From a virus (taxonomy: Duplodnaviria; Heunggongvirae; Uroviricota; Caudoviricetes), in IMG/VR virus record IMGVR_UViG_2925846512_000001: a DNA stretch of 18,464 bases, one strand, 5' to 3'. This document shows, in pieces, positions 1 through 8,764 of this stretch. Numbering within the stretch: the first letter of the stretch is position 1; every line of letters starts with the position of its first letter. The notes below the pieces were generated by a model that saw nothing but the letters and a program-made list of their open reading frames with translations, was not told the origin of the DNA and searched no databases. The position numbers and the translations under genes were made by a program.

Positions 1-2
1 CG

Positions 3-329
3 ATAGATCAGTCCGCAATTACAGAAGAAATTCTCAGAAAGTTTAATCAGTTCGTAAAGCCTCTACTGCCACTGCATATAGTGTTTGATGGGCTTACGCT
101 CTATTTGTCGGTTGTTGTAAATGAACAGGCCGACATGATCACTTTGAACGAGATTTCTGATACCGAAAAAGCATTCTGCTGGTTTGAAACTTCGGATACA
201 ACTTCGCTTACTGGAGTTACGTCGATTAGCGCCCCGATCACCGCAACGCCTGGTGGCACTATTGTGAAAGCGACACCTACGTTTGATCGCACACGCGCAG
301 ATGATTTGTTGCTGGATAGCGACGCCTGA
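3..329 (+). CDS. 3' end of baseplate/tail structural gene (P1 gene 16-like), truncated by the window edge
   Basis: Frame is open from position 3 (IDQSAITEEILRKFNQFVKPLLPLHIVFDG...) to TGA at 327-329. It lies directly upstream of R, as gene 16 does in P1. Confidence 0.7.
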   Translation: MDQSAITEEILRKFNQFVKPLLPLHIVFDGLTLYLSVVVNEQADMITLNEISDTEKAFCWFETSDTTSLTGVTSISAPITATPGGTIVKATPTFDRTRADDLLLDSDA

Positions 330-332
330 CAA

Positions 333-357
333 TCACCCCGTCCGCAGGGCGGGGTGA
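333..357 (+). terminator. GC-rich hairpin after gene 16, no U-tract
   Basis: TCACCCCGTCC-GCA-GGGCGGGGTGA, an 11-bp stem with one G-U pair, 3 nt after the stop codon. Confidence 0.45.
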
Positions 358-358
358 C

Positions 359-377
359 AAGTTACTTCTCTTACAAT
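359..377 (+). promoter_or_regulatory. P1-type late promoter (Lpa-binding los element plus -10) for the R-S-U operon
   Basis: AAGTTACTT (359-367), 4-nt spacer, TACAAT (372-377); matches P1 late promoter architecture. Confidence 0.85.
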
Positions 378-407
378 GAGGCTTCACAACATTGATTAGG
401 GAAAATC

Positions 408-842
408 ATGTCTGACGTCTCAACAAACCTCTATAAGAGTCAGTTGTTGGACTATTACTATCAGCGGCGCGCTGAATCGTCCATTAACAAAGGCTCTCGA
501 TTTTTAATCAGCAAGGCCGTTTTCGGTACCAGTTCACTGGTTACTAAGAAAGGAGATGGCACTTATGAGATTGGAGAACTGCCAAAGGTTTTCGATCTGG
601 CAGAACTGACCAGTCAATTTTGCACCATCAACCTCGTCCCAACCTACTCAGGCGGGATAATTACTGTCCGAATGGACCTTGATCAAAGCCAGTTGCAGGA
701 AGGGAAAAACTACCCATTCAACACTCTGGTTGTTCTGGATAACGAGAACAAGCCAATCGCCATTATTTGTGTCCAGGAAGACTCGCTGTATGTGGGCAAA
801 ACATATACCGCAGTTATGGCCATAAACACGACAACAGCATAA
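408..842 (+). CDS. R: Tail fibre structure/assembly protein gpR
   Basis: 144 aa ORF with AGGGAAAA RBS, between a late promoter and S; P1 synteny. Confidence 0.85.
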   Translation: MSDVSTNLYKSQLLDYYYQRRAESSINKGSRFLISKAVFGTSSLVTKKGDGTYEIGELPKVFDLAELTSQFCTINLVPTYSGGIITVRMDLDQSQLQEGKNYPFNTLVVLDNENKPIAIICVQEDSLYVGKTYTAVMAINTTTA

Positions 843-853
843 GGATATGCTTG

Positions 854-2572
854 ATGAATGACGTTACAGTTGTTACATCAGTTACTTACCCATCACCCGA
901 GTCGTTGGCTCTGGTGGCTGATGTGCAATACCACGAACCATATCTGTCAGCCGCGCTAAACCGAAAATTCAGGGGGATTGTTGACCCGGGATTTTATGCC
1001 GGTTTCTTACCTAAGCCTGGCGGTGGGATGAACCTGTTAATCACCTCAGTGGATGGTGATAAAACCGCAGGCGCGGCGTCGGTGGATATTGGTGAATTCT
1101 ACCAGGTAACTATTCAGCACCGTAAGGATATTTCTCTTGCACTTAGTGCAGGCAAGAAATATGCAATTGTGCTGAAGGGAAGATACCTCCTTGGAGAGGA
1201 TACCTATCAGGTTAATACCGCGTCACATATTCATGCGGCTGAATTTGTTGCCCGAACCTATACCGATTCATATCAGTTAGGAGATGGGGAGCTGCTTGTT
1301 TGTACGGTGAATATCCCTGCTGGCGTATCAGCCATTACCCAGGAGATGATTGATACATCCGAGCGTATTAACCGCACGATCGGCATTGATATTTCAGACT
1401 CTGTAACCAGTAGCAGAAGTGATGTTGCTGCAAGTTCGCTGGCAGTTAAAAAAGCCTACGATCTGGCGAAAAGCAAGTATACGGCGCAGGATGCAAGCAC
1501 AACGCAAAAGGGATTAGTTCAGCTCAGTAGCGCAACTAACAGCGACAGCGAAACAATGGCGGCTACCCCTAAAGCCGTTAAGTCTATAAAAGATCTGGCT
1601 GATACCAAAGCGCCAATAGAAAGCCCGAGTCTGACAGGAACGCCAACCGCGCCGACGGCAGCGCAAGGTACAAACAGCACGCAGATCGCAAATACAGCCT
1701 TTGTTAAGGCAGCTATAACTGCACTTATCAACGGTGCGCCTGGCACACTGGATACGCTGAAAGAAATAGCGGCTGCGATCAATAACGACCCGAATTACAG
1801 CACAACTATCAACAATGCCTTGGCTCTCAAAGCGCCTTTGGCAAGCCCTGCATTAACGGGTGTCCCTACTGCGCCTACGGCTGCACAGGGCACAAACAAT
1901 ACGCAGATCGCTACGACTGCTTACGTACGGGCTGCTATCTCTGCATTGGTCGGATCATCACCTGAAGCTCTTGATACCCTGAATGAGCTTGCAGCAGCAC
2001 TGGGCAATGACCCGAACTTTGCGACAACAATGACAAATGCGCTGGCAGGGAAACAGCCACTTGATGCAACTTTAACCGCGCTTGCTGGTCTTGCGACAGG
2101 CGCAAATAAATTGCCGTACTTTACCGGTACAGACACTGTTTCTCAGACTGACTTAACGTCAGTCGGTCGCGATATTCTGGCCAAAACAAGCGTTCTTGCT
2201 GTTATCCAATACCTTGGTTTGGGAGAGGCGGCGAAAAGGGATGTGGGCACAGGAGATAATCAGATACCGGATATGGGAGCATTCGCTTCTGGTTCGGGAT
2301 GGTTCAGGCTACCAGGTGGATATATTGTTCAGTTTGGCACTTTTGCAGGAAACACGACCCGCTTTATCAGTGGACACTTTCCTATACCATTCCCTAATCA
2401 GCCGCTTGTTTCAGTCGGTGTTATGTCTGATAACGTTCAGTCAGACCCGTCGAGTCCTGCCCCGCAGGTTTTGTCTGTAAATTTTGAACATATCAGTAAT
2501 TCAGCGTGGCGTGTGGCAACCAGTGATATCTCACAGCACTACAGATTCAGTTATATTTCGATAGGACGGTAG
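854..2572 (+). CDS. S: Tail fibre protein S (constant part Sc to ~2215 plus variable part Sv), 572 aa
   Basis: The likely start is ATG 854 with RBS AAGGAT (841-846), not 767. It has tail-fibre motifs (ASTTQKGLVQLSSA, PALTGVPTAPTA), an in-frame cix site (IQYLGLGE), and a short C-terminal domain (GWFRLPGGYIVQFG...SYISIGR). Confidence 0.92.
   Translation: MNDVTVVTSVTYPSPESLALVADVQYHEPYLSAALNRKFRGIVDPGFYAGFLPKPGGGMNLLITSVDGDKTAGAASVDIGEFYQVTIQHRKDISLALSAGKKYAIVLKGRYLLGEDTYQVNTASHIHAAEFVARTYTDSYQLGDGELLVCTVNIPAGVSAITQEMIDTSERINRTIGIDISDSVTSSRSDVAASSLAVKKAYDLAKSKYTAQDASTTQKGLVQLSSATNSDSETMAATPKAVKSIKDLADTKAPIESPSLTGTPTAPTAAQGTNSTQIANTAFVKAAITALINGAPGTLDTLKEIAAAINNDPNYSTTINNALALKAPLASPALTGVPTAPTAAQGTNNTQIATTAYVRAAISALVGSSPEALDTLNELAAALGNDPNFATTMTNALAGKQPLDATLTALAGLATGANKLPYFTGTDTVSQTDLTSVGRDILAKTSVLAVIQYLGLGEAAKRDVGTGDNQIPDMGAFASGSGWFRLPGGYIVQFGTFAGNTTRFISGHFPIPFPNQPLVSVGVMSDNVQSDPSSPAPQVLSVNFEHISNSAWRVATSDISQHYRFSYISIGR
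1607..2050 (+). repeat. Tandem 222-bp (74 aa) repeat inside S
   Basis: KAPIESPSLTGTPTAPTAAQGTNSTQIA...NNALAL (1607-1828) is followed by KAPLASPALTGVPTAPTAAQGTNNTQIA...TNALAG (1829-2050). Confidence 0.85.
2202..2227 (-). other. Invertase crossover site (cix) inside S
   Basis: TTATCCAATACCTTGGTTTGGGAGAG; the reverse complement CTCTCCCAAACCAAGGTATTGGATAA fits the hix/gix/cix/pix consensus with central AA. Confidence 0.9.
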
Positions 2573-2574
2573 AA

Positions 2575-3015
2575 ATGCAGAAATATATTTTCAGTGCCGA
2601 TAAAAATGCGTTTTTCCCTGTGGAGCTTAAAATCGCTTATCAGGAATCCGGCGAATGGCCCGGTGATGGAATCGAAATTGACGACACTGTTGCCGCCGAA
2701 TTTATGAAGGAAGCACCAGAAGGAAAATACAGAGGCGTCATCGACGGAATGCCTGCATGGATTGATATTCCACCGCCAACTCATGAGGAACAAATTGCCG
2801 CAGCCGAACTGAAAAAGCAGCAATTGATTAATCAGGTCAACGAATACATAAACAGTAAGCAATGGCCTGGTAAAGCGGCGATTGGTCGCCTGAAAGGTGA
2901 GGAGCTGGCGCAATATAATTTGTGGCTGGATTATCTGGACGCACTGGAACTGGTCGATACTTCCGGTGCGCCAGATATTGAATGGCCTACGCCTCCGGCA
3001 GTTCAGGCCAGATGA
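2575..3015 (+). CDS. U: Tail fibre assembly chaperone (U/Tfa family)
   Basis: 146 aa, 2 nt after the S stop, with the Tfa-type C-terminus WLDYLDALELVDTSGAPDIEWPTPP. Confidence 0.88.
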   Translation: MQKYIFSADKNAFFPVELKIAYQESGEWPGDGIEIDDTVAAEFMKEAPEGKYRGVIDGMPAWIDIPPPTHEEQIAAAELKKQQLINQVNEYINSKQWPGKAAIGRLKGEELAQYNLWLDYLDALELVDTSGAPDIEWPTPPAVQAR

Positions 3016-3595
3016 CATCAGGCGCGGTGCTGGTATCTGTTGCCTCCACCGCGTCAATGTAATCCAGCACAGCGTTAAGTCGGGTGGTTTCTGCCTGCGT
3101 CAGCTTCCGCCCGGCCCGTAATTTCAGCTGAATCAGACTGATGGAAGCCATTGCAGCATCAATCAGCGACTGGCGCTTTGCTTCTGCCGCTTCTACTGCG
3201 GCACTATGCTGTGCCTCGGTATCCATCACCCATTTCTCACCATCCCATTTATCATATGGCGTTAACGGGGCGATAGTGGTTGTATTTTCAGGGTAATCAC
3301 CCAGAGCTGTGATTTCTTTCGATTCTCCTGTTTCGGTGCTATAGATGATTTCACCGCGATGGTCTGGCACATATTCCCAACCAGTTGAATCAGCATTACG
3401 GCGTATTGCGAAACCGTCTTTATTGCCGCCTGGTGCATCAACGCATGAATGGGCAGGAACACCGACGCCAAACGGCAGATATTCAACCGATGAACCAATA
3501 TATTCACGCGTCGAACCATCGTAGTTGTAAACGATAATATAGCCCGCATCCGTGGCAAATCCGTTTTCGTCTAAAGTAATTTGTTTCGTTGTCAT
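2987..3595 (-). CDS. U': Alternative tail fibre assembly chaperone (U', TfaE-like)
   Basis: 202 aa with Tfa motifs (WEYVPDHRG, YDKWDGEKWV, APDVIWPELP). It overlaps the Sv' stop by 1 nt. Confidence 0.88.
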   Translation of the reverse strand: MTTKQITLDENGFATDAGYIIVYNYDGSTREYIGSSVEYLPFGVGVPAHSCVDAPGGNKDGFAIRRNADSTGWEYVPDHRGEIIYSTETGESKEITALGDYPENTTTIAPLTPYDKWDGEKWVMDTEAQHSAAVEAAEAKRQSLIDAAMASISLIQLKLRAGRKLTQAETTRLNAVLDYIDAVEATDTSTAPDVIWPELPEA

Positions 3596-4071
3596 TATGC
3601 TGCCCTCACTATGAAGTTGAACGCTATGTTACGCGGGCGGTTTTCTGTGGCAGTTGGGACTTTGGTAGATGCGTCAAAATAAGCACTTGCGTATTTGAGG
3701 TTAGTGTCAACAGTTGAATCAGTAGCTACTGTCCTTTGGTTTACTCGATCTCTCCCCGAAAATACACCAGACACATTAGATAAAAGGCCATCTCCATACC
3801 AACCTACAGTACCAGTAATATTCCGAATGGCGTCACCCTGAGCAGACAGAATTTCGCGCCCCGCGTCAATACCGCGCCCGTCATCCCAGCCACGAATAAA
3901 CTCACCACGTAAATCTGGCAATTCATTTGTCGGATAAACTTTTGCCAGTTTCGGATACTCTTCGGCAGAAAAAGGCGCACCATTGCATTTCAGCCAGCCT
4001 GTTGGCGGAGTGGCTGAAGGCCACGGAACAGGTACACCAACGGGTAATGCCGAACCTTCTCCTAAACCAAG
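3595..4071 (-). CDS. Sv': Silent variable tail fibre tip Sv' (tail collar domain), no start codon of its own, expressed after inversion
   Basis: Open frame from the cix codon CTT (4071) to the stop at 3595, 158 aa: LGLGEGSALPVGVPVPWPSATPPTGWLKCNGAPF...LPDLRGEFIRGWDDGRG...RPRNIAFNFIVRAA. The ORF track shows only the 3595-3921 part. Confidence 0.88.
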   Translation of the reverse strand, partial: LGLGEGSALPVGVPVPWPSATPPTGWLKCNGAPFSAEEYPKLAKVYPTNELPDLRGEFIRGWDDGRGIDAGREILSAQGDAIRNITGTVGWYGDGLLSNVSGVFSGRDRVNQRTVATDSTVDTNLKYASAYFDASTKVPTATENRPRNIAFNFIVRAA

Positions 4072-4082
4072 GTTTAGGATTG
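4057..4082 (+). other. Invertase crossover site (cix) overlapping the cin stop codon
   Basis: TTCTCCTAAACCAAGGTTTAGGATTG, inverted relative to the 2202-2227 site. Confidence 0.9.
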
Positions 4083-4634
4083 AAATGATGACGCCGGAAA
4101 CTTCTTATAAAGCGTGGAAACAGCCACATCATAGATGATTGCAACCTGCTTACGGGGGATGCCCTTCTCGAGCAATCGCCGCATTTGCTGCCATGTTTCT
4201 TCTTGGTATTTAGGCCGACGTCCACCTATACGACCTTCTGCGCGAGCTGCATCAAGTCCAGCGCGTGTACGTTCAACGATAAGCTCACGTTCCATTTCTG
4301 CCAGCGCCCCCATTACGTGAAAGAAAAAGCGCCCCATTGGTGTACTGGTGTCGATGGAGTCAGTGAGACTCCGGAAGTTAATGCCTCTGTCACGCAGCTC
4401 TTCCACCAGCACAACTAAGTGACGCATGCTGCGCCCAAGACGATCTAACTTCCATACGACTAGGGTGTCACCTCTGGAAAGCATACGGAGAACCTTTTTT
4501 AACCCAGGGCGTTCAGCCTTTTTGCCGCTCGCCTTGTCCTCAAAAATTAGCTCACATCCTGCGCTTTCAAGAGCGTTTCGTTGTAAAGCAGTGTTTTGTT
4601 CATTTGTTGATACGCGTACATAGCCTATTAGCAT
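4074..4634 (-). CDS. cin: Serine DNA invertase Cin
   Basis: 186 aa with the catalytic motif GYVRVST, VVWKLDRLGRS and a C-terminal HTH; ends PASSFQS as recalled for P1 Cin; adjacent to cix. Confidence 0.95.
   Translation of the reverse strand: MLIGYVRVSTNEQNTALQRNALESAGCELIFEDKASGKKAERPGLKKVLRMLSRGDTLVVWKLDRLGRSMRHLVVLVEELRDRGINFRSLTDSIDTSTPMGRFFFHVMGALAEMERELIVERTRAGLDAARAEGRIGGRRPKYQEETWQQMRRLLEKGIPRKQVAIIYDVAVSTLYKKFPASSFQS
4560..4634 (-). promoter_or_regulatory. Probable Fis-binding recombinational enhancer (sis) in the 5' end of cin
   Basis: The enhancer is established to lie within the first ~75 bp of cin/hin/gin. The boundaries are approximate and the Fis sites were not mapped here. 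Confidence 0.45.
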
Positions 4635-4761
4635 ATTTTCTGCTCACTATCGTTATTTATAGCAAGCTGCGGATTTTAATTAACAAAAACCAGTATGTGT
4701 GGAAATCACAAAGTACATACCGTTTCCCAATGATATTTAATTCACTATTAAGGAAATAGTT

Positions 4762-5043
4762 ATGTGTGATTTCACAATAATGCTCCTCTCCATCCTTGGC
4801 GGGGTGCATTCGTTTCTGAATGGGGTTCGTGAAAAACGTTACGAAGCGTCATGCAGGCAATTGATGGCCGAGTGTATTGCTGCCGTACTTGCAGGCTTTA
4901 TAGGCATGTATTTCGCGGAATATAAGGGTATGGATGAAAGTCTTCAGAATTGCGTGACTATTATTTGCAGCATCAATAACAGGCTCATTCTTGAAAAGTT
5001 ACAAAGGATTATCGATTCGCACCTCAATAGAAATGCCTCTTAA
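4762..5043 (+). CDS. lydC: Holin-like protein LydC
   Basis: 93 aa with two hydrophobic segments and RBS AAGGA; sits between cin and lydA as in P1. Confidence 0.8.
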   Translation: MCDFTIMLLSILGGVHSFLNGVREKRYEASCRQLMAECIAAVLAGFIGMYFAEYKGMDESLQNCVTIICSINNRLILEKLQRIIDSHLNRNAS

Positions 5044-5063
5044 GCAACAAATGACCGGTTGAG

Positions 5064-5082
5064 AAGTTACTTTGCATACCAT
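5064..5082 (+). promoter_or_regulatory. Late promoter for the lydA-dar operon
   Basis: AAGTTACTT (5064-5072), 4-nt spacer, TACCAT (5077-5082). Confidence 0.85.
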
Positions 5083-5110
5083 TACCTCCTGACAACGTAG
5101 GAGGGAACTT

Positions 5111-5440
5111 GTGCTTGACACACAGGAATTAGCTCCAGTTGCTATTGCGCTCCTGCTTTCAGTAATTGGTGGGATAGGCACGTTCCTGATGGATGTCCGA
5201 GACGGTCGCCAGTCTGGCAATTTGTTGGGATTGGTTACGGAGATCTTTGTTGCAGTGACAGCTGGCGCGGTGGCGTACCTATTGGGGCAACACGAGGGCT
5301 GGGAGTTATCAATTACGTACTTAATGGTAACGATAGCCAGCAATAACGGTCATGAGGTGATTTCAGGGATGAAACGAGTGAATATCGATAGCATTCTGAA
5401 TGTTCTTACAAGTTTGGTGAAAAAGGGAGGCGGGAAATGA
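5111..5440 (+). CDS. lydA: Holin LydA
   Basis: 109 aa, GTG start after GAGGGA, three hydrophobic segments and a basic C-terminus. Confidence 0.88.
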   Translation: MLDTQELAPVAIALLLSVIGGIGTFLMDVRDGRQSGNLLGLVTEIFVAVTAGAVAYLLGQHEGWELSITYLMVTIASNNGHEVISGMKRVNIDSILNVLTSLVKKGGGK

Positions 5441-5880
5441 TTGGCTGGGGTGTATGCGTTCTTGCGTTAGCCTTAGCCGATCGCTATTTGCTAAAACGCA
5501 AGGACATCACGCATTTAGAACTTGGTGATGTGGAAATTAAACCGGGTTTCATCCGGGTGCCGTTCAAATACCGGTCTAAATTCCCGTTTTTGCGCGGCGC
5601 AACGGTCAGATATTGGATCCGCGATGTTCAGAAGCCGACGACAGTGATTGAAGGCGAACAACGTTGTCTGACGTCGGCTGAACAGGGCGAAAACAGTGAA
5701 TGGTTGTACATACCCACTGAATATATGGGTAAAGGAGAGCGACTGTGGCATTTCAACGTCATGGTTACGCATGGCGACTCGTTCATTAACCCGTTGTATC
5801 GGATTTTCCCTGTTACTCAGCAAATCCGCAGAAGTTACGTAATAAATCTCGCACAGGATGTGTCAGATGACGAAAAATAA
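5437..5880 (+). CDS. lydB: Antiholin LydB
   Basis: 147 aa with an ATGA overlap with lydA; P1 synteny. Confidence 0.85.
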   Translation: MIGWGVCVLALALADRYLLKRKDITHLELGDVEIKPGFIRVPFKYRSKFPFLRGATVRYWIRDVQKPTTVIEGEQRCLTSAEQGENSEWLYIPTEYMGKGERLWHFNVMVTHGDSFINPLYRIFPVTQQIRRSYVINLAQDVSDDEK

Positions 5881-6469
5881 GTATGCAACGGTCGATTTTG
5901 ACCAGGTTAATGAAAAGGGGCTGAAATCCCTTATCGCGGCGATCAATAAAACCGGGGTTACGGTAATTGAGGTTGACTCCAGCAACCGCGCAACAACGAA
6001 AGATGGCGTTAAAGTTAAAACCGCAAAGCTGGTTCTTAACGACGGACAAATTCTTGCCATACAGGTAAACGATACTGGCGATATATCGTCTGTGAAACTG
6101 AATGGAAAAGCTATTCCTAACGCTCAGTCGCCGGATATCAAGACGCTTGGTACCGTCATGGGACAGGCGGCTCGCAAAAACTCCGCAAAATTCCAGAAAT
6201 CACTGATCGCCAAAGCGAAGCGTGTTGCCAATCCGGTAGACAAGAAACCGGCAGTTAAATCCAACTTTCAGCGCCTGCAAGAAGCAAAACAGCGGAATGC
6301 TCAGGTGGTTGCCGCTTATAAATCAGCTCAGAACTCGGTGTCTTTCAATCAACAGCAGATCACTGATTTGCGGGCGAAGCTGGATAAGGAGACAGGCCGA
6401 CTCAATAACGAAAAGGCCCGAAATGGCGAACTCAAACGCCGTCTTAAGCAACTGAAAGCAGGAAATTAA
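5858..6469 (+). CDS. hdf: Hdf (homologous to a DarA fragment; antirestriction/head morphogenesis)
   Basis: 200-203 aa (ATG 5867 has better RBS spacing). It shares KNSAKFQ plus a coiled coil with DarA. Confidence 0.85.
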   Translation: MCQMTKNKYATVDFDQVNEKGLKSLIAAINKTGVTVIEVDSSNRATTKDGVKVKTAKLVLNDGQILAIQVNDTGDISSVKLNGKAIPNAQSPDIKTLGTVMGQAARKNSAKFQKSLIAKAKRVANPVDKKPAVKSNFQRLQEAKQRNAQVVAAYKSAQNSVSFNQQQITDLRAKLDKETGRLNNEKARNGELKRRLKQLKAGN

Positions 6470-6470
6470 C

Positions 6471-8390
6471 ATGGAACAGTTCAATATCAATAAAGGGGTG
6501 ACGCTCAAGCCTGGGCTTGACGTGCTTCCCCCGCCAGTGACTGATGATGAATATCGCGCATTAATGGCCGGTGAGGACCGCTATCTGATGACGGAATCCA
6601 ACACCCTGGAGGAAATCGAGGCTACGTTCTTCTATGACACGCCGATCCACTGGTGTGCTACGGATTTACTGGAGGCGATTAGTTCTACTCGTTTGCAGTT
6701 ACACCGGACCATGCAGGCATTTGTCCGGGCATTGAACCAGAAGCTGAATGGTACCGGAATCTCTGCGGGGAGTGATAAAACGGGGGATGTGGCCCAGAGC
6801 GGCGCGCGCGCGATCGGCGGCGCTGAAATTGGCCGGGCACGTAACGTTAACGGGCTGCCGGTCTTGCCAGCCATTATTCCGCTCAGTGATGGTCAGACTA
6901 TCAGCATTCTGTTTCATAGCCCGACAGCGGAAAACCGGATCACCAATAGCGATACGCTGGTTGCTTTCCAGTTCTTACTGAATAAAAAAGACGTTACTCA
7001 CACCGTTGCTCCGATGAGTGGACGTGATATGACGCTGGCGCAGGTCACCATGAAACTTGCCAACCTTGCAGAGAAAAACTCGGCAAAATTCCAGCGTGCG
7101 CAGAAGAAGAAAAAAGCCCTTGTTGATGAAATAACCCAACTACAGGCTGACAGTGACCAGAAAGAGGATGCCATGAGCGACCTCGCGGATCAGGTGGCAG
7201 CGGTAGAAGGGCAGAAGGCAGATCTGGAGCAGAAAATTAACGCTGTTGCATCGGAAGCGGATTCTCTTTATGAAGAGAATGAGCGTTTGCAGACGGAGAT
7301 TGATCAGCTCAATCGCACTGGTGGGCGCGATACCATTGCTCCAGCGGGGATGACTGGTGGGCACTCTCGCGCGCTGACGGATCGCCTTGCCAGTATCAAA
7401 AATCGTATGCATATGGACGGGGAAGCGACGCTCAGTAATGGTGCATCAATGAAGCAATTCATTGGGGATGGTGAAGGGTATATCCAGTTAACCGATCCGG
7501 ATGGCAGCGTATACATGATCAAGGCTAAATCCATACAGGGTGTGGACATGGCAGATGCGATCGGCAAGCTGTTTAAAGCCTATAAAGCGGGTAATGTATC
7601 GGAATATCTGGTCCAACCAGAAGAACATAAACCGGAAAACGTCGAACCTGAACCAGCGGAGGATACCGGTAGCTCTTCGCCTGAACCAGAAGTCTCTGTA
7701 GGTGCATATCGATATGCCCTGCAAATGCGTCCGGCGGCCCCTGGCGCAATACCTGAAGGTAACAAAGCGATTCTGCCGCGCCCTGATGAAGGTGACCCGT
7801 ATTATGAATATGCACGCTACGGCATTGCTACTTACGATACCCCGCTTTCTGATCAGCAAATGAGTGAGTACGACCTGAAGTTATTGCCTCGCGAGGATTC
7901 TTTCGACTTCCTGGCGAAGACACTTACTAATGGTCCGTTTGGCAAATATGCACAAAAAGCTCTGGAGCTGGCCACCAGCTCACCAGACGAGTTCCGCGTA
8001 ATGCTGAAAACTCAGTTTCAAAAAACTTTCCCCAATATTGCGTTTCCTGGGGGCGCTGGCACCGAGAAAATGGTGCAGAGCATGATCAATGCATTGCAGG
8101 CCGAAGTCGGTGAGATTACTCAGCCAGAACCGGCCCCGGCACAGCCTGATGAAACGGTTAGCGAAGCAGATGCAGAGGCTAATAAAGCCATTGAATATCT
8201 CAATAACGTAATGGATATGCAAAGCACTGACATGGCGGAGATCCGTAACGCCCGGGGCAATATCCGGGAAGCGATTGCAGCCCTTCAGGCTGCCGGACGT
8301 TTTGAGGAAAACGAAGAGCTGGTTAACGGCGCAGCTCGCCACCTGGCTGATCTGTTGGTAGCAATCCAGAAAGCGGGGGTAGCGGCATGA
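6471..8390 (+). CDS. darA: Antirestriction virion protein DarA
   Basis: 639 aa, the length recalled for P1 DarA, with a central coiled coil; lies between hdf and ddrA. Confidence 0.9.
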   Translation: MEQFNINKGVTLKPGLDVLPPPVTDDEYRALMAGEDRYLMTESNTLEEIEATFFYDTPIHWCATDLLEAISSTRLQLHRTMQAFVRALNQKLNGTGISAGSDKTGDVAQSGARAIGGAEIGRARNVNGLPVLPAIIPLSDGQTISILFHSPTAENRITNSDTLVAFQFLLNKKDVTHTVAPMSGRDMTLAQVTMKLANLAEKNSAKFQRAQKKKKALVDEITQLQADSDQKEDAMSDLADQVAAVEGQKADLEQKINAVASEADSLYEENERLQTEIDQLNRTGGRDTIAPAGMTGGHSRALTDRLASIKNRMHMDGEATLSNGASMKQFIGDGEGYIQLTDPDGSVYMIKAKSIQGVDMADAIGKLFKAYKAGNVSEYLVQPEEHKPENVEPEPAEDTGSSSPEPEVSVGAYRYALQMRPAAPGAIPEGNKAILPRPDEGDPYYEYARYGIATYDTPLSDQQMSEYDLKLLPREDSFDFLAKTLTNGPFGKYAQKALELATSSPDEFRVMLKTQFQKTFPNIAFPGGAGTEKMVQSMINALQAEVGEITQPEPAPAQPDETVSEADAEANKAIEYLNNVMDMQSTDMAEIRNARGNIREAIAALQAAGRFEENEELVNGAARHLADLLVAIQKAGVAA

Positions 8391-8752
8391 CACTATCAGC
8401 TATTGAGTTAATGGATCTCAGCGATAAGTTGGATGCTCTGATGTCCAAAGCGGCCACCGCGAGTGGCATGGAGTTGCTGGATATCAGCGATGAAATTGAC
8501 CAGATCATGCAACAGATGGGGTACGGCGCGTCCGGCGGTGGTAGTGGCGATGAAAAACAACCTTCGGAACATGATGGTGTGCCAAAACTGGTTGCTGATT
8601 TCCTGGCTGATAAATTCGTCGATCAGAGCACAGATGCATTTATCGGTACCTTGCAGGACTTGAGTCAATATGTTGGCACATACATCGACCTGGACCAGGT
8701 TAAACAGCACACGGCGGCATGGATAGCCGCCAACATTAAAGAGGCAGCATAA
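8387..8752 (+). CDS. ddrA: DdrA (dar operon virion protein)
   Basis: 121 aa, acidic, with an ATGA overlap with darA. Confidence 0.82.
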   Translation: MTLSAIELMDLSDKLDALMSKAATASGMELLDISDEIDQIMQQMGYGASGGGSGDEKQPSEHDGVPKLVADFLADKFVDQSTDAFIGTLQDLSQYVGTYIDLDQVKQHTAAWIAANIKEAA

Positions 8753-8764
8753 GGCGTAACAGGG

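Larger units (their letters stand above)
2216..4068. other. Invertible host-range segment (~1.85 kb): Sv-U / U'-Sv'
   Basis: Bounded by two inverted cix sites. It holds two opposed fibre-tip plus chaperone pairs, and both tips are in frame with the CTT-GGT crossover codons. Confidence 0.88.

Noticed and set aside
767-853. Upstream extension of S in the ORF track
   Set aside because: It overlaps R with no RBS; ATG 854 has a good RBS and gives the P1-like N-terminus.
870-878. los-like CAGTTACTT at the start of S
   Set aside because: It lies within coding sequence and has no properly spaced -10.
3923-4225. 100 aa minus-strand ORF across cix
   Set aside because: It is an alternate frame overlapping cin and Sv'; the real Sv' frame is the one continuous with 3595-3921.
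5832-5850. los-like AAGTTACGT inside lydB
   Set aside because: There is no -10 hexamer at the required 4-nt spacing.
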